From Polynucleobacter sp. GWA2_45_21 (GTDB lineage Bacteria; Pseudomonadota; Gammaproteobacteria; Burkholderiales; Burkholderiaceae), in assembly GCF_001830325.1 (NCBI RefSeq), contig NZ_MHZG01000004.1:1-32000 (forward strand): a stretch of 32,000 nt of DNA, written 5' to 3'. Below the pieces are notes generated by a model, which made no database searches, had not been told where the DNA came from, and saw only the letters and a list, made by a program, of their open reading frames with translations. This document shows, in pieces, positions 6,879 through 14,199 of this stretch (positions within the stretch are counted from its first letter, which is position 1; each line of letters opens with the position of its first letter). Position numbers and translations under genes: made by a program.

Positions 6879-7904
6879 ATGCGAGCAGTTGTAATAAAAC
6901 CCCATCCAATCGTCTTTGACAAAGTTGAAAGATTAATTAATGTCAATGGTATGAATTTTGAAGAAGAGTTTATTGCTAAGGTTATTGGCGAGCATTTAGC
7001 AAGGCAAAAAAGTGGCAAGCTACCCACGATTACAGATGCTTTTGAAATCTATATGCATGAAGCTAAATCTTCTCATCGCCCAACATTTGTGAAGCATGCT
7101 AACTACCATTTTCGTAGCTTTAAAGAGTTCTTTGGTGATTTAACATTAGAAGAGCTCAAGCATTGGCATATTACGGAATATAGAGATTACCAACTTAACA
7201 GAGGCATAAGCCCTACGAGCGTTCGTAAACACAACAATACTTTGAACGCTATGCTCAATGTCGCATTTAAACATTTAGATATAGATAGGCTAAGTCCTTT
7301 TAGGGCATTAAAAATTAGAGGTGAGGGTGAAACAAAGCGTTCTATGCCAATCATTACCACTCAGTTAATACAGCAAGTAAAAGAGCATTTGTTAAAAAAC
7401 TCGACTGCACATAAGCTGGTGGCACTGATACAGCTCAATACGGGATTTAGGTTGAGCGAACCTTTGTTTGCGAGATTGGAAGATTGTGTCTTGGATCATG
7501 ATATTCCGCACTTGTGGATTAGGCGAAATGTCCTAAGCGACAGAAAGACCAAATCCAGTATTAGAGCCGTGCCGCTATGCGGCGTGTCACTAGATGCTGC
7601 AAAAGAGCTATATAAGATTGCAAAAATGAAAAACAGCGACTGGTTTGTGCCGCATTACGCAAGAGATAATGGAAATTCTAGTTGCTCCCAAATTATTAAG
7701 AAAACACTTAAACAATTTGACTTTAAGAGTCATATGTTTAGGCATGCCATTATTGACAGAATGAAGGCTCGTAATGACATACCTACACGTCTAGCAGAAA
7801 GCATTACAGGGCATAGTAGTGGCGGGAGTGAATTTAATATGTATGGGACTGTTGGCTACACACTGGAGCAAAAGAGGGATGTAATTTTGAAGGTATTAAT
7901 TTAA
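6879..7904 (+). CDS. Tyrosine-type recombinase/integrase (island integrase 3)
   Basis: SAM-like N-domain (HITEYRDYQLNRGISPTSVRKHNNTLNAMLNVA). Catalytic GFRLSEP, HMFRHAIIDR (HxxR), ITGHSS, and a Tyr in NMYGTVGYT. Confidence 0.85.
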   Translation: MRAVVIKPHPIVFDKVERLINVNGMNFEEEFIAKVIGEHLARQKSGKLPTITDAFEIYMHEAKSSHRPTFVKHANYHFRSFKEFFGDLTLEELKHWHITEYRDYQLNRGISPTSVRKHNNTLNAMLNVAFKHLDIDRLSPFRALKIRGEGETKRSMPIITTQLIQQVKEHLLKNSTAHKLVALIQLNTGFRLSEPLFARLEDCVLDHDIPHLWIRRNVLSDRKTKSSIRAVPLCGVSLDAAKELYKIAKMKNSDWFVPHYARDNGNSSCSQIIKKTLKQFDFKSHMFRHAIIDRMKARNDIPTRLAESITGHSSGGSEFNMYGTVGYTLEQKRDVILKVLI

Positions 7905-7939
7905 GCATAAGGGCGTCTAGTTGCTAGAGGCCCTTATGC
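7905..7939 (+). terminator. Hairpin immediately after the integrase 3 stop
   Basis: Perfect 10-bp stem GCATAAGGGC/GCCCTTATGC with a 15-nt loop. There is no clear U-tract, so terminator function is uncertain. Confidence 0.4.
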
Positions 7940-7975
7940 ATACTGCTTTACGGTTAAGAAAAGCTAAATATCTAT

Positions 7976-8122
7976 ATGAAAAGATATAAGGCAACCGTCA
8001 ATGCAGCAGGGATGTGGGTAGAAACGATTTTGTACGCCCAAAATCAAGCCCAGGCATACAAGTTGTTTCAAGCTATCTTTGGCGCTAAAAACGTGCCACA
8101 TCAACCCTTGCAGATTGGTTAA
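7976..8122 (+). CDS. Possible small protein (48 aa), below the ORF-track cutoff
   Basis: ATG...TAA reading MKRYKATVNAAGMWVETILYAQNQAQAYKLFQAIFGAKNVPHQPLQIG. Protein-like composition but no clear RBS. Confidence 0.3.
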   Translation: MKRYKATVNAAGMWVETILYAQNQAQAYKLFQAIFGAKNVPHQPLQIG

Positions 8123-8124
8123 CT

Positions 8125-8304
8125 ATGAGATTCGATGAAATAGCACCCATAAAGCCCCTAAGCCCAGAACAAGCCAGACTTAAATCAATGAAGGATCGAG
8201 TAAAGCGAGATCAAGAGGCTATAAAGGCTGAGCGGGCTAGACAAAAGATCAAGGCTGGGCAGGCGGAGTTGAGTTTGATTTCGAAACCTGGTCTTGCAAA
8301 CTAA
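8125..8304 (+). CDS. Possible small basic protein (59 aa), below the ORF-track cutoff
   Basis: Starts 2 nt after the previous small ORF's stop: MRFDEIAPIKPLSPEQARLKSMKDRVKRDQEAIKAERARQKIKAGQ... Overlaps the 3' end of the convergent SRPBCC gene by 56 nt, which weakens the call. Confidence 0.2.
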   Translation: MRFDEIAPIKPLSPEQARLKSMKDRVKRDQEAIKAERARQKIKAGQAELSLISKPGLAN

Positions 8305-8758
8305 TGGCTAGTTGTTTTAGAGTTGTGAGGTTATTGATCCACTTTGTGTAGTAACCACGATTCCAAAGCCAGCTTACTACGTTCATATCTTTAAAATGAG
8401 CATCTACTGTCAGTTCCGTTCCATTTTGAAATGGCCTTAAGTTAAATATTATGGTTTCAGCAAGCGAGGAGGATGATGGGTAAAGTTGCTTAGTCAGGGC
8501 GGTAGTCGCTATCAATTTCTGACATTTGACAACTAGAATATAGACGTAGGTACTATGGACTTCTCTACCATTAATGATTGATGAAATGGTTGTGTGTCCA
8601 CATGCTGAGACATTCATTTCAACAACTCTACCTTGGTGTGGTGATATCCACCACCATTTTGAAAGCAATTGTGGTTCAGTAAGGAATCTCCAAACCACAT
8701 TTGGGGTGGCACTTATTTGTATTGTTTCTTTTAGGTGCGGTAATTTATTTTCTGTCAT
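8249..8758 (-). CDS. SRPBCC (START/AHSA1-like) ligand-binding-fold protein
   Basis: N-terminal signature ISATPNVVWRFLTEPQLLSKWW, typical of AHSA1/SRPBCC proteins. 26 nt downstream of and co-oriented with the MBL gene. Confidence 0.65.
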   Translation of the reverse strand: MTENKLPHLKETIQISATPNVVWRFLTEPQLLSKWWWISPHQGRVVEMNVSACGHTTISSIINGREVHSTYVYILVVKCQKLIATTALTKQLYPSSSSLAETIIFNLRPFQNGTELTVDAHFKDMNVVSWLWNRGYYTKWINNLTTLKQLAISLQDQVSKSNSTPPAQP

Positions 8759-8784
8759 TTTGTATGGCTATCGATTGCTTAACT

Positions 8785-9939
8785 CTATGCTTCTTGATCA
8801 TCTGGGTAATGTGCTGGTTCAGCAGGGCCCCAACCAGTTCGAGGGGGTGCTTTATGGCTATGGCGAAGATGCTTTCCTTCTGTTTTGACTAACTTCCCCC
8901 CTCTATGAATTATTGCGCGAATGACTGATTTCCTGGGATGGTTAGCATCTTTCTTTGCTGCACTCACGACTGCCGTAAATTGCTCTTCTCCGGGTAGAGG
9001 TTTATTTTTTAGTATGGGCCCAAGAATCTCATCAAGAATTTCTGACGAAACATTTCTTCTGGATCCATGGTGAGGAACTTGAAAAAAATTGATTCCAGGA
9101 AATTGAATTCCAATTGTTGTTGCATAGTTAATTGAACTTCTCAGCGCTGCTTTTCCTGCATCACCAGTTAATAAAACTTTTCTTCCATGTAAATTCGCAT
9201 ACTGAACAATGCTCATTTCATTCTCTGGGCTAGTCTCTTCTTGAGATAGGTTCTCGTCACCCCATGCTGACTTGATAAATTCAACTGTTTTTGAATAAAT
9301 TTCACCAAGAGTGGAGAGTGGTGATGTCATAAAGCTGTTGAGTGTAGTCTGAGGTAAGGGTATAGGGTATGGCAATGTAGTAAGCCCCGCCCTCTGAATA
9401 TTCTCAGCTATGTTTTTTGCGTCTGGAGTTTTTGGTGAATCTACAATTAGATCGAGGTAAGCCTTTTTTGATGGCGATAAAACTATAAATTCACCAATTT
9501 TTTTTCCTTGAAAGGGCTCTCTGATTTCAATTCCATTTTCGATCGCAATTTTTTCAAGAGCATCAATATTTGAATAAATTTCTCGCAATTTTTTTTGCAA
9601 GCTTTCAACGGACGCATACCTGCTGAAGCGATGAATAATTTCATGGGCATAGTCCCATGGTTTAAGCATCCAAAGGGTGCCAACTTCATATTCTTCAAGA
9701 ATTTTTCTTAATCCGCCAGCATGGTCTTGATCATTGTGTGTGAGAACTACATGATTGATATGAATTGGGTCATCATAATGCTCATTAATATGGGTAACGA
9801 GAATATTCCCTGTATCCTGAAACCCACCGTCTACAACATGAATATACGTTGCTCCATTAAGTTTATATCTTAGGCAAATTGCATCACCACTCTTATCTGA
9901 ATCAACATCCAAAATATCTATCTCATAAAAATCATCCAT
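8785..9939 (-). CDS. Standalone ComEC/Rec2-type MBL-fold metallo-hydrolase (putative nuclease)
   Basis: ORF 8785..9978. I prefer the ATG at 9939 (MDDFYEIDIL), after GAGGG. Motif series: DKSGDAICL, VVLTHNDQDHAGGL, VLLTGDAG, FQVPHHGSRRN, matching the ComEC C-terminal MBL domain pattern. No ComEC channel domain is present. Confidence 0.85.
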   Translation of the reverse strand: MDDFYEIDILDVDSDKSGDAICLRYKLNGATYIHVVDGGFQDTGNILVTHINEHYDDPIHINHVVLTHNDQDHAGGLRKILEEYEVGTLWMLKPWDYAHEIIHRFSRYASVESLQKKLREIYSNIDALEKIAIENGIEIREPFQGKKIGEFIVLSPSKKAYLDLIVDSPKTPDAKNIAENIQRAGLTTLPYPIPLPQTTLNSFMTSPLSTLGEIYSKTVEFIKSAWGDENLSQEETSPENEMSIVQYANLHGRKVLLTGDAGKAALRSSINYATTIGIQFPGINFFQVPHHGSRRNVSSEILDEILGPILKNKPLPGEEQFTAVVSAAKKDANHPRKSVIRAIIHRGGKLVKTEGKHLRHSHKAPPRTGWGPAEPAHYPDDQEA

Positions 9940-10399
9940 TTTTACCCTCATGTTTTTCTGATTGTTTGGATGGCTCAATTCCCCATACTGATTGACCTAT
10001 AGACTCAATTTTTGATAGTGTTTTATCTACATTTAAGCCGGCCAAAAAGGCTAATAGCCAAATCCCAAGCTGATGTAGCTCCCCTTGATTTGCATTTAAG
10101 AAAAGGAGCCCTGACTTTATTAATAGATAGCTTATGCCCCCTAAGGCAAGACTTAAAAATGGCCTTATGAGATACCAAGGCGCCCAGTCAGAATCCCATT
10201 TCTTGCGAACGCATGCATTGAGGTAGACCCCTCGCAAACAATAGATGGTGCCGCCAAGACCCCCAAAGAGGATGCTTAGCAGTATGTTTTTAAGTGCAAC
10301 TGGTACAGCGTCGGGATGACAAAAGCTCAGATAAAATAGTGCAAACGTTACAAGTCCAAGCTCAATAAGTAATAAAACAGAAATAATCCACTTGCTCAT
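9932..10399 (-). CDS. Small integral membrane protein (about 4 TM helices)
   Basis: 155 aa with four hydrophobic segments and Gly-rich helix motifs (FGGLGGTIY, ALGGISYLL). Its stop overlaps the MBL start by 8 nt (ATGGATGA). Confidence 0.75.
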   Translation of the reverse strand: MSKWIISVLLLIELGLVTFALFYLSFCHPDAVPVALKNILLSILFGGLGGTIYCLRGVYLNACVRKKWDSDWAPWYLIRPFLSLALGGISYLLIKSGLLFLNANQGELHQLGIWLLAFLAGLNVDKTLSKIESIGQSVWGIEPSKQSEKHEGKNG

Positions 10400-10603
10400 A
10401 AAAACCTCAAAATGTTCTTTTTTTTATAAAGATACCTGAGATATCAATTCTTTCAAGAGCTTTTTGGAAAATAAGTGCAAATTGCTATGCTAGCGTCGCG
10501 AAACCGGGTTCCTAGCGTCCCATGTATATCTTTTCCTAGGCATGCGGGAGCAAATCCCTATAGAAATTTGAATAAGTTCGCCAGGCTGATAAGATTGGAA
10601 ATT

Positions 10604-10984
10604 ATGAGAATTTATCGCAATATTTCCGAGTCCAAACGGCAAACCACTGATTACGATGTTTTATGGAATGGTGAGGACCAAGGATTAATAACATCTTGGG
10701 AAACCGGAAGGGATAAGGCAAAGTCAGACCCAGAATTGGCTGCAAGAGCTAAAAATGGTGAATTAGTTATGTTGGGTTGGAAGGGTGGCGTGGGTAAGCC
10801 CCTCAAAACTAAGAATAAATATGGTGGTCTGCTTTATGTGGCTATGTGGCAGGGTCTTCGTGGGGAAAATCTGGATATAGATCTAGAGAGTGAAATACGA
10901 ATGATATGCACACGAACAGGTGTGCCTGTTACCTATACCTCTAACGTTAAATTACTTTGCGCTTCTGAGGAGTCCGATGACTAA
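10604..10984 (+). CDS. Hypothetical protein, translationally coupled to the exonuclease-BRCT gene
   Basis: ORF 10475..10984 (GTG). Alternative ATGs lie at 10487 and 10604 and the start is uncertain. Its stop overlaps the next start by 8 nt (ATGACTAA). No family recognised. Confidence 0.5.
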   Translation: MRIYRNISESKRQTTDYDVLWNGEDQGLITSWETGRDKAKSDPELAARAKNGELVMLGWKGGVGKPLKTKNKYGGLLYVAMWQGLRGENLDIDLESEIRMICTRTGVPVTYTSNVKLLCASEESDD

Positions 10985-12131
10985 GGTATTAGTGCTTGAT
11001 ACAGAGACTAGCGGAGTTTCTAGCTCGGACGAGCCCATTGAAATAGCTGCAGCTTTATATGAAGTAGATTCGACCGGCAATTTAGTTGCAAAGCTAGATA
11101 CTTACAGCGGTAGGCGTGAGCCAACGGTCCCGATTAGTTTTATGGCGCAAAAGGTTCATAAAATCTCTAAAGCAGACCTTGCTGGTCGGGATTTCGATCA
11201 CGAGAAAGTTGCGGTTTTACTATCTAATGCTGATGTTATTGTTGCGCACAACGCTGATTTTGATAGTCGAATGCTTCAGCCGCTTTACCCTGGAATCAAG
11301 GATAAATCCTGGCGCTGCACCATCAACCAATGGCCTTGGCCATTTGCATCGGGGAAATCTTTATCTTCGGTTGCGTCGGCATTAGATATCCCACAAATTA
11401 ATGCCCATTCAGCAGAAGGAGATGTAGATACATTAAGTGCTTGTCTTTTCCATTCCACAGGCAATGGAAATTACCTTAAAAATCTTTTGACCGCAAACGA
11501 TTACGTATTTAAAAACACATCTGAAAATGCCTATCAGAGAGCCGCAAGTAGCCTTACGCCTAAGGTAAGTGAGGCCTGCAAGAGCTTATTAGATATTGTT
11601 GGTGCCGTAATCTCGGATAGGCATTTACATGATTCTGAAATCATGTTTGTTAATGACTGGATTAAGGCGAATCCTACAGTTTCAACTTCGTGGCCTGGGA
11701 GTGTGATTGCGCAGCAACTTAAGCAAATACTTTCCGATAGAATAGTTTCAGAAAATGAGCGCAGCTCTTTGTTGAATAGTCTGAGTGCAATTACTGCGGG
11801 CGCTCTTGCTAAAGTCTCGCAGGTTGCTGAGGAGATCGATTTTCATCCAGACGAGCTAGATGTAATTGAATTTGCATCCCATACCTTTTGTTTAAGTGGA
11901 AATTTTCTATTGGGCGATAAGGATAAGTGTGCCAATGAGATCTCCAAGAGGGGTGGTTTGATACTGGCTGGTGTCACTAAAAAGTTAAATTACTTGGTAG
12001 TGGGCGGCTTAGGCAGCGATCAATGGAAGCATGGTAATTTTGGCGCTAAAGTCGAGAAAGCTATTCAATATCGCTCCGATGGCATTCCCATAAAGATAGT
12101 TCACGAAGAATCTTTGGTGAAATTTCTATAA
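10977..12131 (+). CDS. DEDDh 3'-5' exonuclease (DnaQ/epsilon-like) fused to a helical middle module and a C-terminal BRCT domain
   Basis: ATG 10977 after GAGGAG. ExoI VLVLDTETSG, ExoII IVAHNADFDSRML, ExoIII HSAEGDVDTL. The middle has duplicated SDRxxxxxE helices (ISDRHLHDSE, LSDRIVSENE; TerB-like, tentative). The C-terminus FCLSGNFLLGDKDKCANEISKRGGLILAGVTKKLNYLVVG...KVEKAIQY is BRCT-like. Confidence 0.85.
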   Translation: MTKVLVLDTETSGVSSSDEPIEIAAALYEVDSTGNLVAKLDTYSGRREPTVPISFMAQKVHKISKADLAGRDFDHEKVAVLLSNADVIVAHNADFDSRMLQPLYPGIKDKSWRCTINQWPWPFASGKSLSSVASALDIPQINAHSAEGDVDTLSACLFHSTGNGNYLKNLLTANDYVFKNTSENAYQRAASSLTPKVSEACKSLLDIVGAVISDRHLHDSEIMFVNDWIKANPTVSTSWPGSVIAQQLKQILSDRIVSENERSSLLNSLSAITAGALAKVSQVAEEIDFHPDELDVIEFASHTFCLSGNFLLGDKDKCANEISKRGGLILAGVTKKLNYLVVGGLGSDQWKHGNFGAKVEKAIQYRSDGIPIKIVHEESLVKFL

Positions 12132-12156
12132 CAAGTGTCTCGAAACAGGACACTTG
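12131..12156 (+). repeat. Hairpin-forming 26-nt repeat, copy B: ACAAGTGTC-TCGAAACAG-GACACTTG
   Basis: Begins on the last base of the exonuclease stop codon. The stem is extendable to 10 bp (AACAAGTGTC/GACACTTGTT). No U-tract follows. Confidence 0.7.
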
Positions 12157-12244
12157 TTAGTTATAAAACCCTCTAGATCAGGGCTAGACAGTTATCAATC
12201 ACGTAACTAAACTGAGCCAGCCCTTCAGTTGCCAAAGGCTTTTA

Positions 12245-12619
12245 ATGAAATACTCTGTATTCCTGGGATTACTGCTAGCGGCTGGACTAGTCAATGCCGC
12301 CAGTTATGACTGTACAGCTACGAGAAAGCTGGACTTTGAGAATGTCTACCAGCCAGCTCAAATGGAAAAGTACAAGTTTTCCTTCAGAATCCACGATTCA
12401 GACAAACCCAAAGTCGATAGATGCAGTATTAAACCCAACGACAATAAAGTCACTTGTGATTCCTACGATATTGATAGGGTAGAAGTAGATAAGCATGTGG
12501 GATACAAGAAGTTCTACTTATTTAGAAGTCAGTACGACATTCAACTCTTTCCAGACTTGAGGTTTGTTGAAAACAACGGTCGTGGTGGAATTGCTTTTGG
12601 GACTTGTAAATTACTATGA
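12245..12619 (+). CDS. Small secreted protein of unknown function
   Basis: Signal peptide MKYSVFLGLLLAAGLVNA|ASYDC. The mature part has four Cys. Confidence 0.65.
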   Translation: MKYSVFLGLLLAAGLVNAASYDCTATRKLDFENVYQPAQMEKYKFSFRIHDSDKPKVDRCSIKPNDNKVTCDSYDIDRVEVDKHVGYKKFYLFRSQYDIQLFPDLRFVENNGRGGIAFGTCKLL

Positions 12620-12783
12620 TGAATGAATACTCTGGGGTAGGCTTTTTCTTGTTTGGGATCTTCTGTGCTTATTGGGCGCAGACAACCAATCGCAATGCTT
12701 GGCTTTGGTTCTTTATGGGATTCTTCTTTGCCCCAATAACTGGGTTGGTATTGCTTTATAAGAATTCGTCGAAGAATGGTTGA
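12616..12783 (+). CDS. Possible 55-aa two-helix membrane peptide (below the ORF-track cutoff)
   Basis: ATG overlaps the upstream stop (ATGATGA). Sequence MMNEYSGVGFFLFGIFCAYWAQTTNRNAWLWFFMGFFFAPITGLVLLYKNSSKNG has two hydrophobic stretches. Confidence 0.45.
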   Translation: MMNEYSGVGFFLFGIFCAYWAQTTNRNAWLWFFMGFFFAPITGLVLLYKNSSKNG

Positions 12784-12798
12784 TTTTTTCTTGGAGCC

Positions 12799-13497
12799 AT
12801 GTCTGTGACTGATGCCAATGTTTCTGTGTCATCTTTGGAGGCTGTTTCTGCAGTTGACTCAATTCAATCAAGAGTTATTTCAAGTCTATCAATTACACAT
12901 TTTTTATCTGCAGCATCTTTTTCAAGAAAAGTTGGCCAGTTAGAGACTGACCATGTTGGTGAAGTGTTTGGGGATTTCTTTGAGGAAATACAGTCTTTTT
13001 CTATTGCTACGATATTTTCGTTGGTAGCCGCTTTGGAGGCTTACGCTAACGAGCTATTTGTTCTATATAAAGACGTTATATTCCCCGATTTACGAATTGA
13101 TGTTGTTGCTAAGCTGTGGGAGTTGTACGAAAAAAAGCCAACTGTTGAGAAGTATGACTTGGCATTATTCCTTGCAAATAAACCTGCCTTAGAAAAAGGC
13201 GGTCGACCTTATCAAGATATTGATGCGCTAATTAAACTCAGAAATGGTTTTGTTCATTACAGACCAGAGTGGTCTGATGAGCAAGTAGAGCATCGAAAAA
13301 TTTCTGTAGCTATATCTGGTAAAGCAATTGGCAGTTCGTTTTATCCAACGGAAACACCTTTATTTCCAAGAGCGTGGTCTAGTCATAAAACCTTATTGTG
13401 GGCTCTAAATAATTCGATTGAATTTGTGGAGAAATTTGAATCGCAAATGGGGATTTCTAGCAATCTTTTACCTTTTAAAGATCGGTTAAGGGGTTGA
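12799..13497 (+). CDS. Putative HEPN-domain protein (predicted RNase fold)
   Basis: Rx4H motif LRNGFVH (R148..H153; nt 13240-13257) in a helical context. Upstream segment LVAALEAYANELF resembles the acidic helix of Abi-type HEPN families. Confidence 0.55.
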   Translation: MSVTDANVSVSSLEAVSAVDSIQSRVISSLSITHFLSAASFSRKVGQLETDHVGEVFGDFFEEIQSFSIATIFSLVAALEAYANELFVLYKDVIFPDLRIDVVAKLWELYEKKPTVEKYDLALFLANKPALEKGGRPYQDIDALIKLRNGFVHYRPEWSDEQVEHRKISVAISGKAIGSSFYPTETPLFPRAWSSHKTLLWALNNSIEFVEKFESQMGISSNLLPFKDRLRG

Positions 13498-13498
13498 T

Positions 13499-14176
13499 AT
13501 GTTGAAGTATTTGAAAACATGCCCCATAGAAGCTAATTTAATTGCCTTGATAGCGTTGGTAATCCTTGGAATTAAGGTTATTTTCTTAAATTCTATTCCT
13601 GCATCAAGTCAGCTGATATATGATTTTGGTGTAGTTTTCGATGCAATTTTGATTTCAGTTTTAGCTAGTTTTATTTTTTATTTCTTTGTAGTTCATCTCA
13701 AAGCAGTATCAGATAGAAAAACTATCTGGCCATATGTTGGGAGGCATTCCAATTCGATAACTGGATCTTGCCTTGGGCAATTGTCGGAAATAAGCAAGGC
13801 TTCCAGTGTTGCTCTCACATTGAAAAACTTGAACGTCGAAGACGTTAGCTTAGCATTTGCAAAAATTCACCCCTACTCAGAGGCACCATTGCGCATAGGT
13901 TATCCTGGTGTTGCAGCAAATTGGATTCAATACTTTGAATATCACAATCGAAGAAGTAGAGTTGCAATTGGAAGGGTATTAGGGCAACTCATATATTTGG
14001 AGCCGAAGCATGTAAGCCTTATTAATGCTATAGATGATTGTGCTCACTTCATGGTTATCGATGGCTTTGGTAGCCATCAAGTCTCCAATACTGATCTTAC
14101 CGCTTGGTCAAGTTCGTTTTGCGACTACTGCATTTTTTGTCGAGAGCTTGATGATTATTTAAAGAAGTTTGATTAA
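13499..14176 (+). CDS. Membrane-anchored protein (2 N-terminal TM helices + ~150-aa soluble domain), unknown function
   Basis: Starts 1 nt after the HEPN gene stop (TGAtATG). TM segments LIALIALVILGIKVIFL and VVFDAILISVLASFIFYFFVV. Confidence 0.65.
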   Translation: MLKYLKTCPIEANLIALIALVILGIKVIFLNSIPASSQLIYDFGVVFDAILISVLASFIFYFFVVHLKAVSDRKTIWPYVGRHSNSITGSCLGQLSEISKASSVALTLKNLNVEDVSLAFAKIHPYSEAPLRIGYPGVAANWIQYFEYHNRRSRVAIGRVLGQLIYLEPKHVSLINAIDDCAHFMVIDGFGSHQVSNTDLTAWSSSFCDYCIFCRELDDYLKKFD

Positions 14177-14199
14177 TCATGATTGTCGGCTTACCCGAC

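Noticed and set aside
124-7904. Recombinase-in-trio (RIT) element, given three tyrosine recombinases.
   Set aside because: RIT elements have three adjacent co-oriented recombinase genes. Here the genes are separated by 3-4 kb of other genes, differ in orientation, and one is catalytic-domain-only.
5492-10984. Longest-ORF N-terminal extensions: 5492..6076 (TTG), 6362 ATG, 8785..9978, 10475..10984 (GTG), 10920..12131 (GTG).
   Set aside because: In each case an internal ATG has a proper Shine-Dalgarno sequence and/or creates the typical 8-nt start/stop overlap with the neighbouring gene. The extensions would overlap upstream genes or regulatory repeats.
39-11385. Island-region ORF-track entries nested in, or antisense to, larger genes: 39..299, 515..724, 2188..2571, 2382..2603, 4275..4487, 4979..5200, 6785..7027, 8574..8888, 8701..8892, 9483..9698, 11116..11385 (and 12294..12482).
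   Set aside because: Each lies inside or opposite a longer ORF that has recognisable domains or better gene context. Their translations are low-complexity or Cys/Arg-rich, as expected for off-frame reads.
13201-13210. A third GGTCGACCTT site as part of the putative inversion system.
   Set aside because: It lies inside the HEPN-like coding sequence (codons GGT CGA CCT T..), 7 kb from the recombinase. It more likely reflects coding sequence, and it slightly weakens the uniqueness of the 5307/6295 pair.
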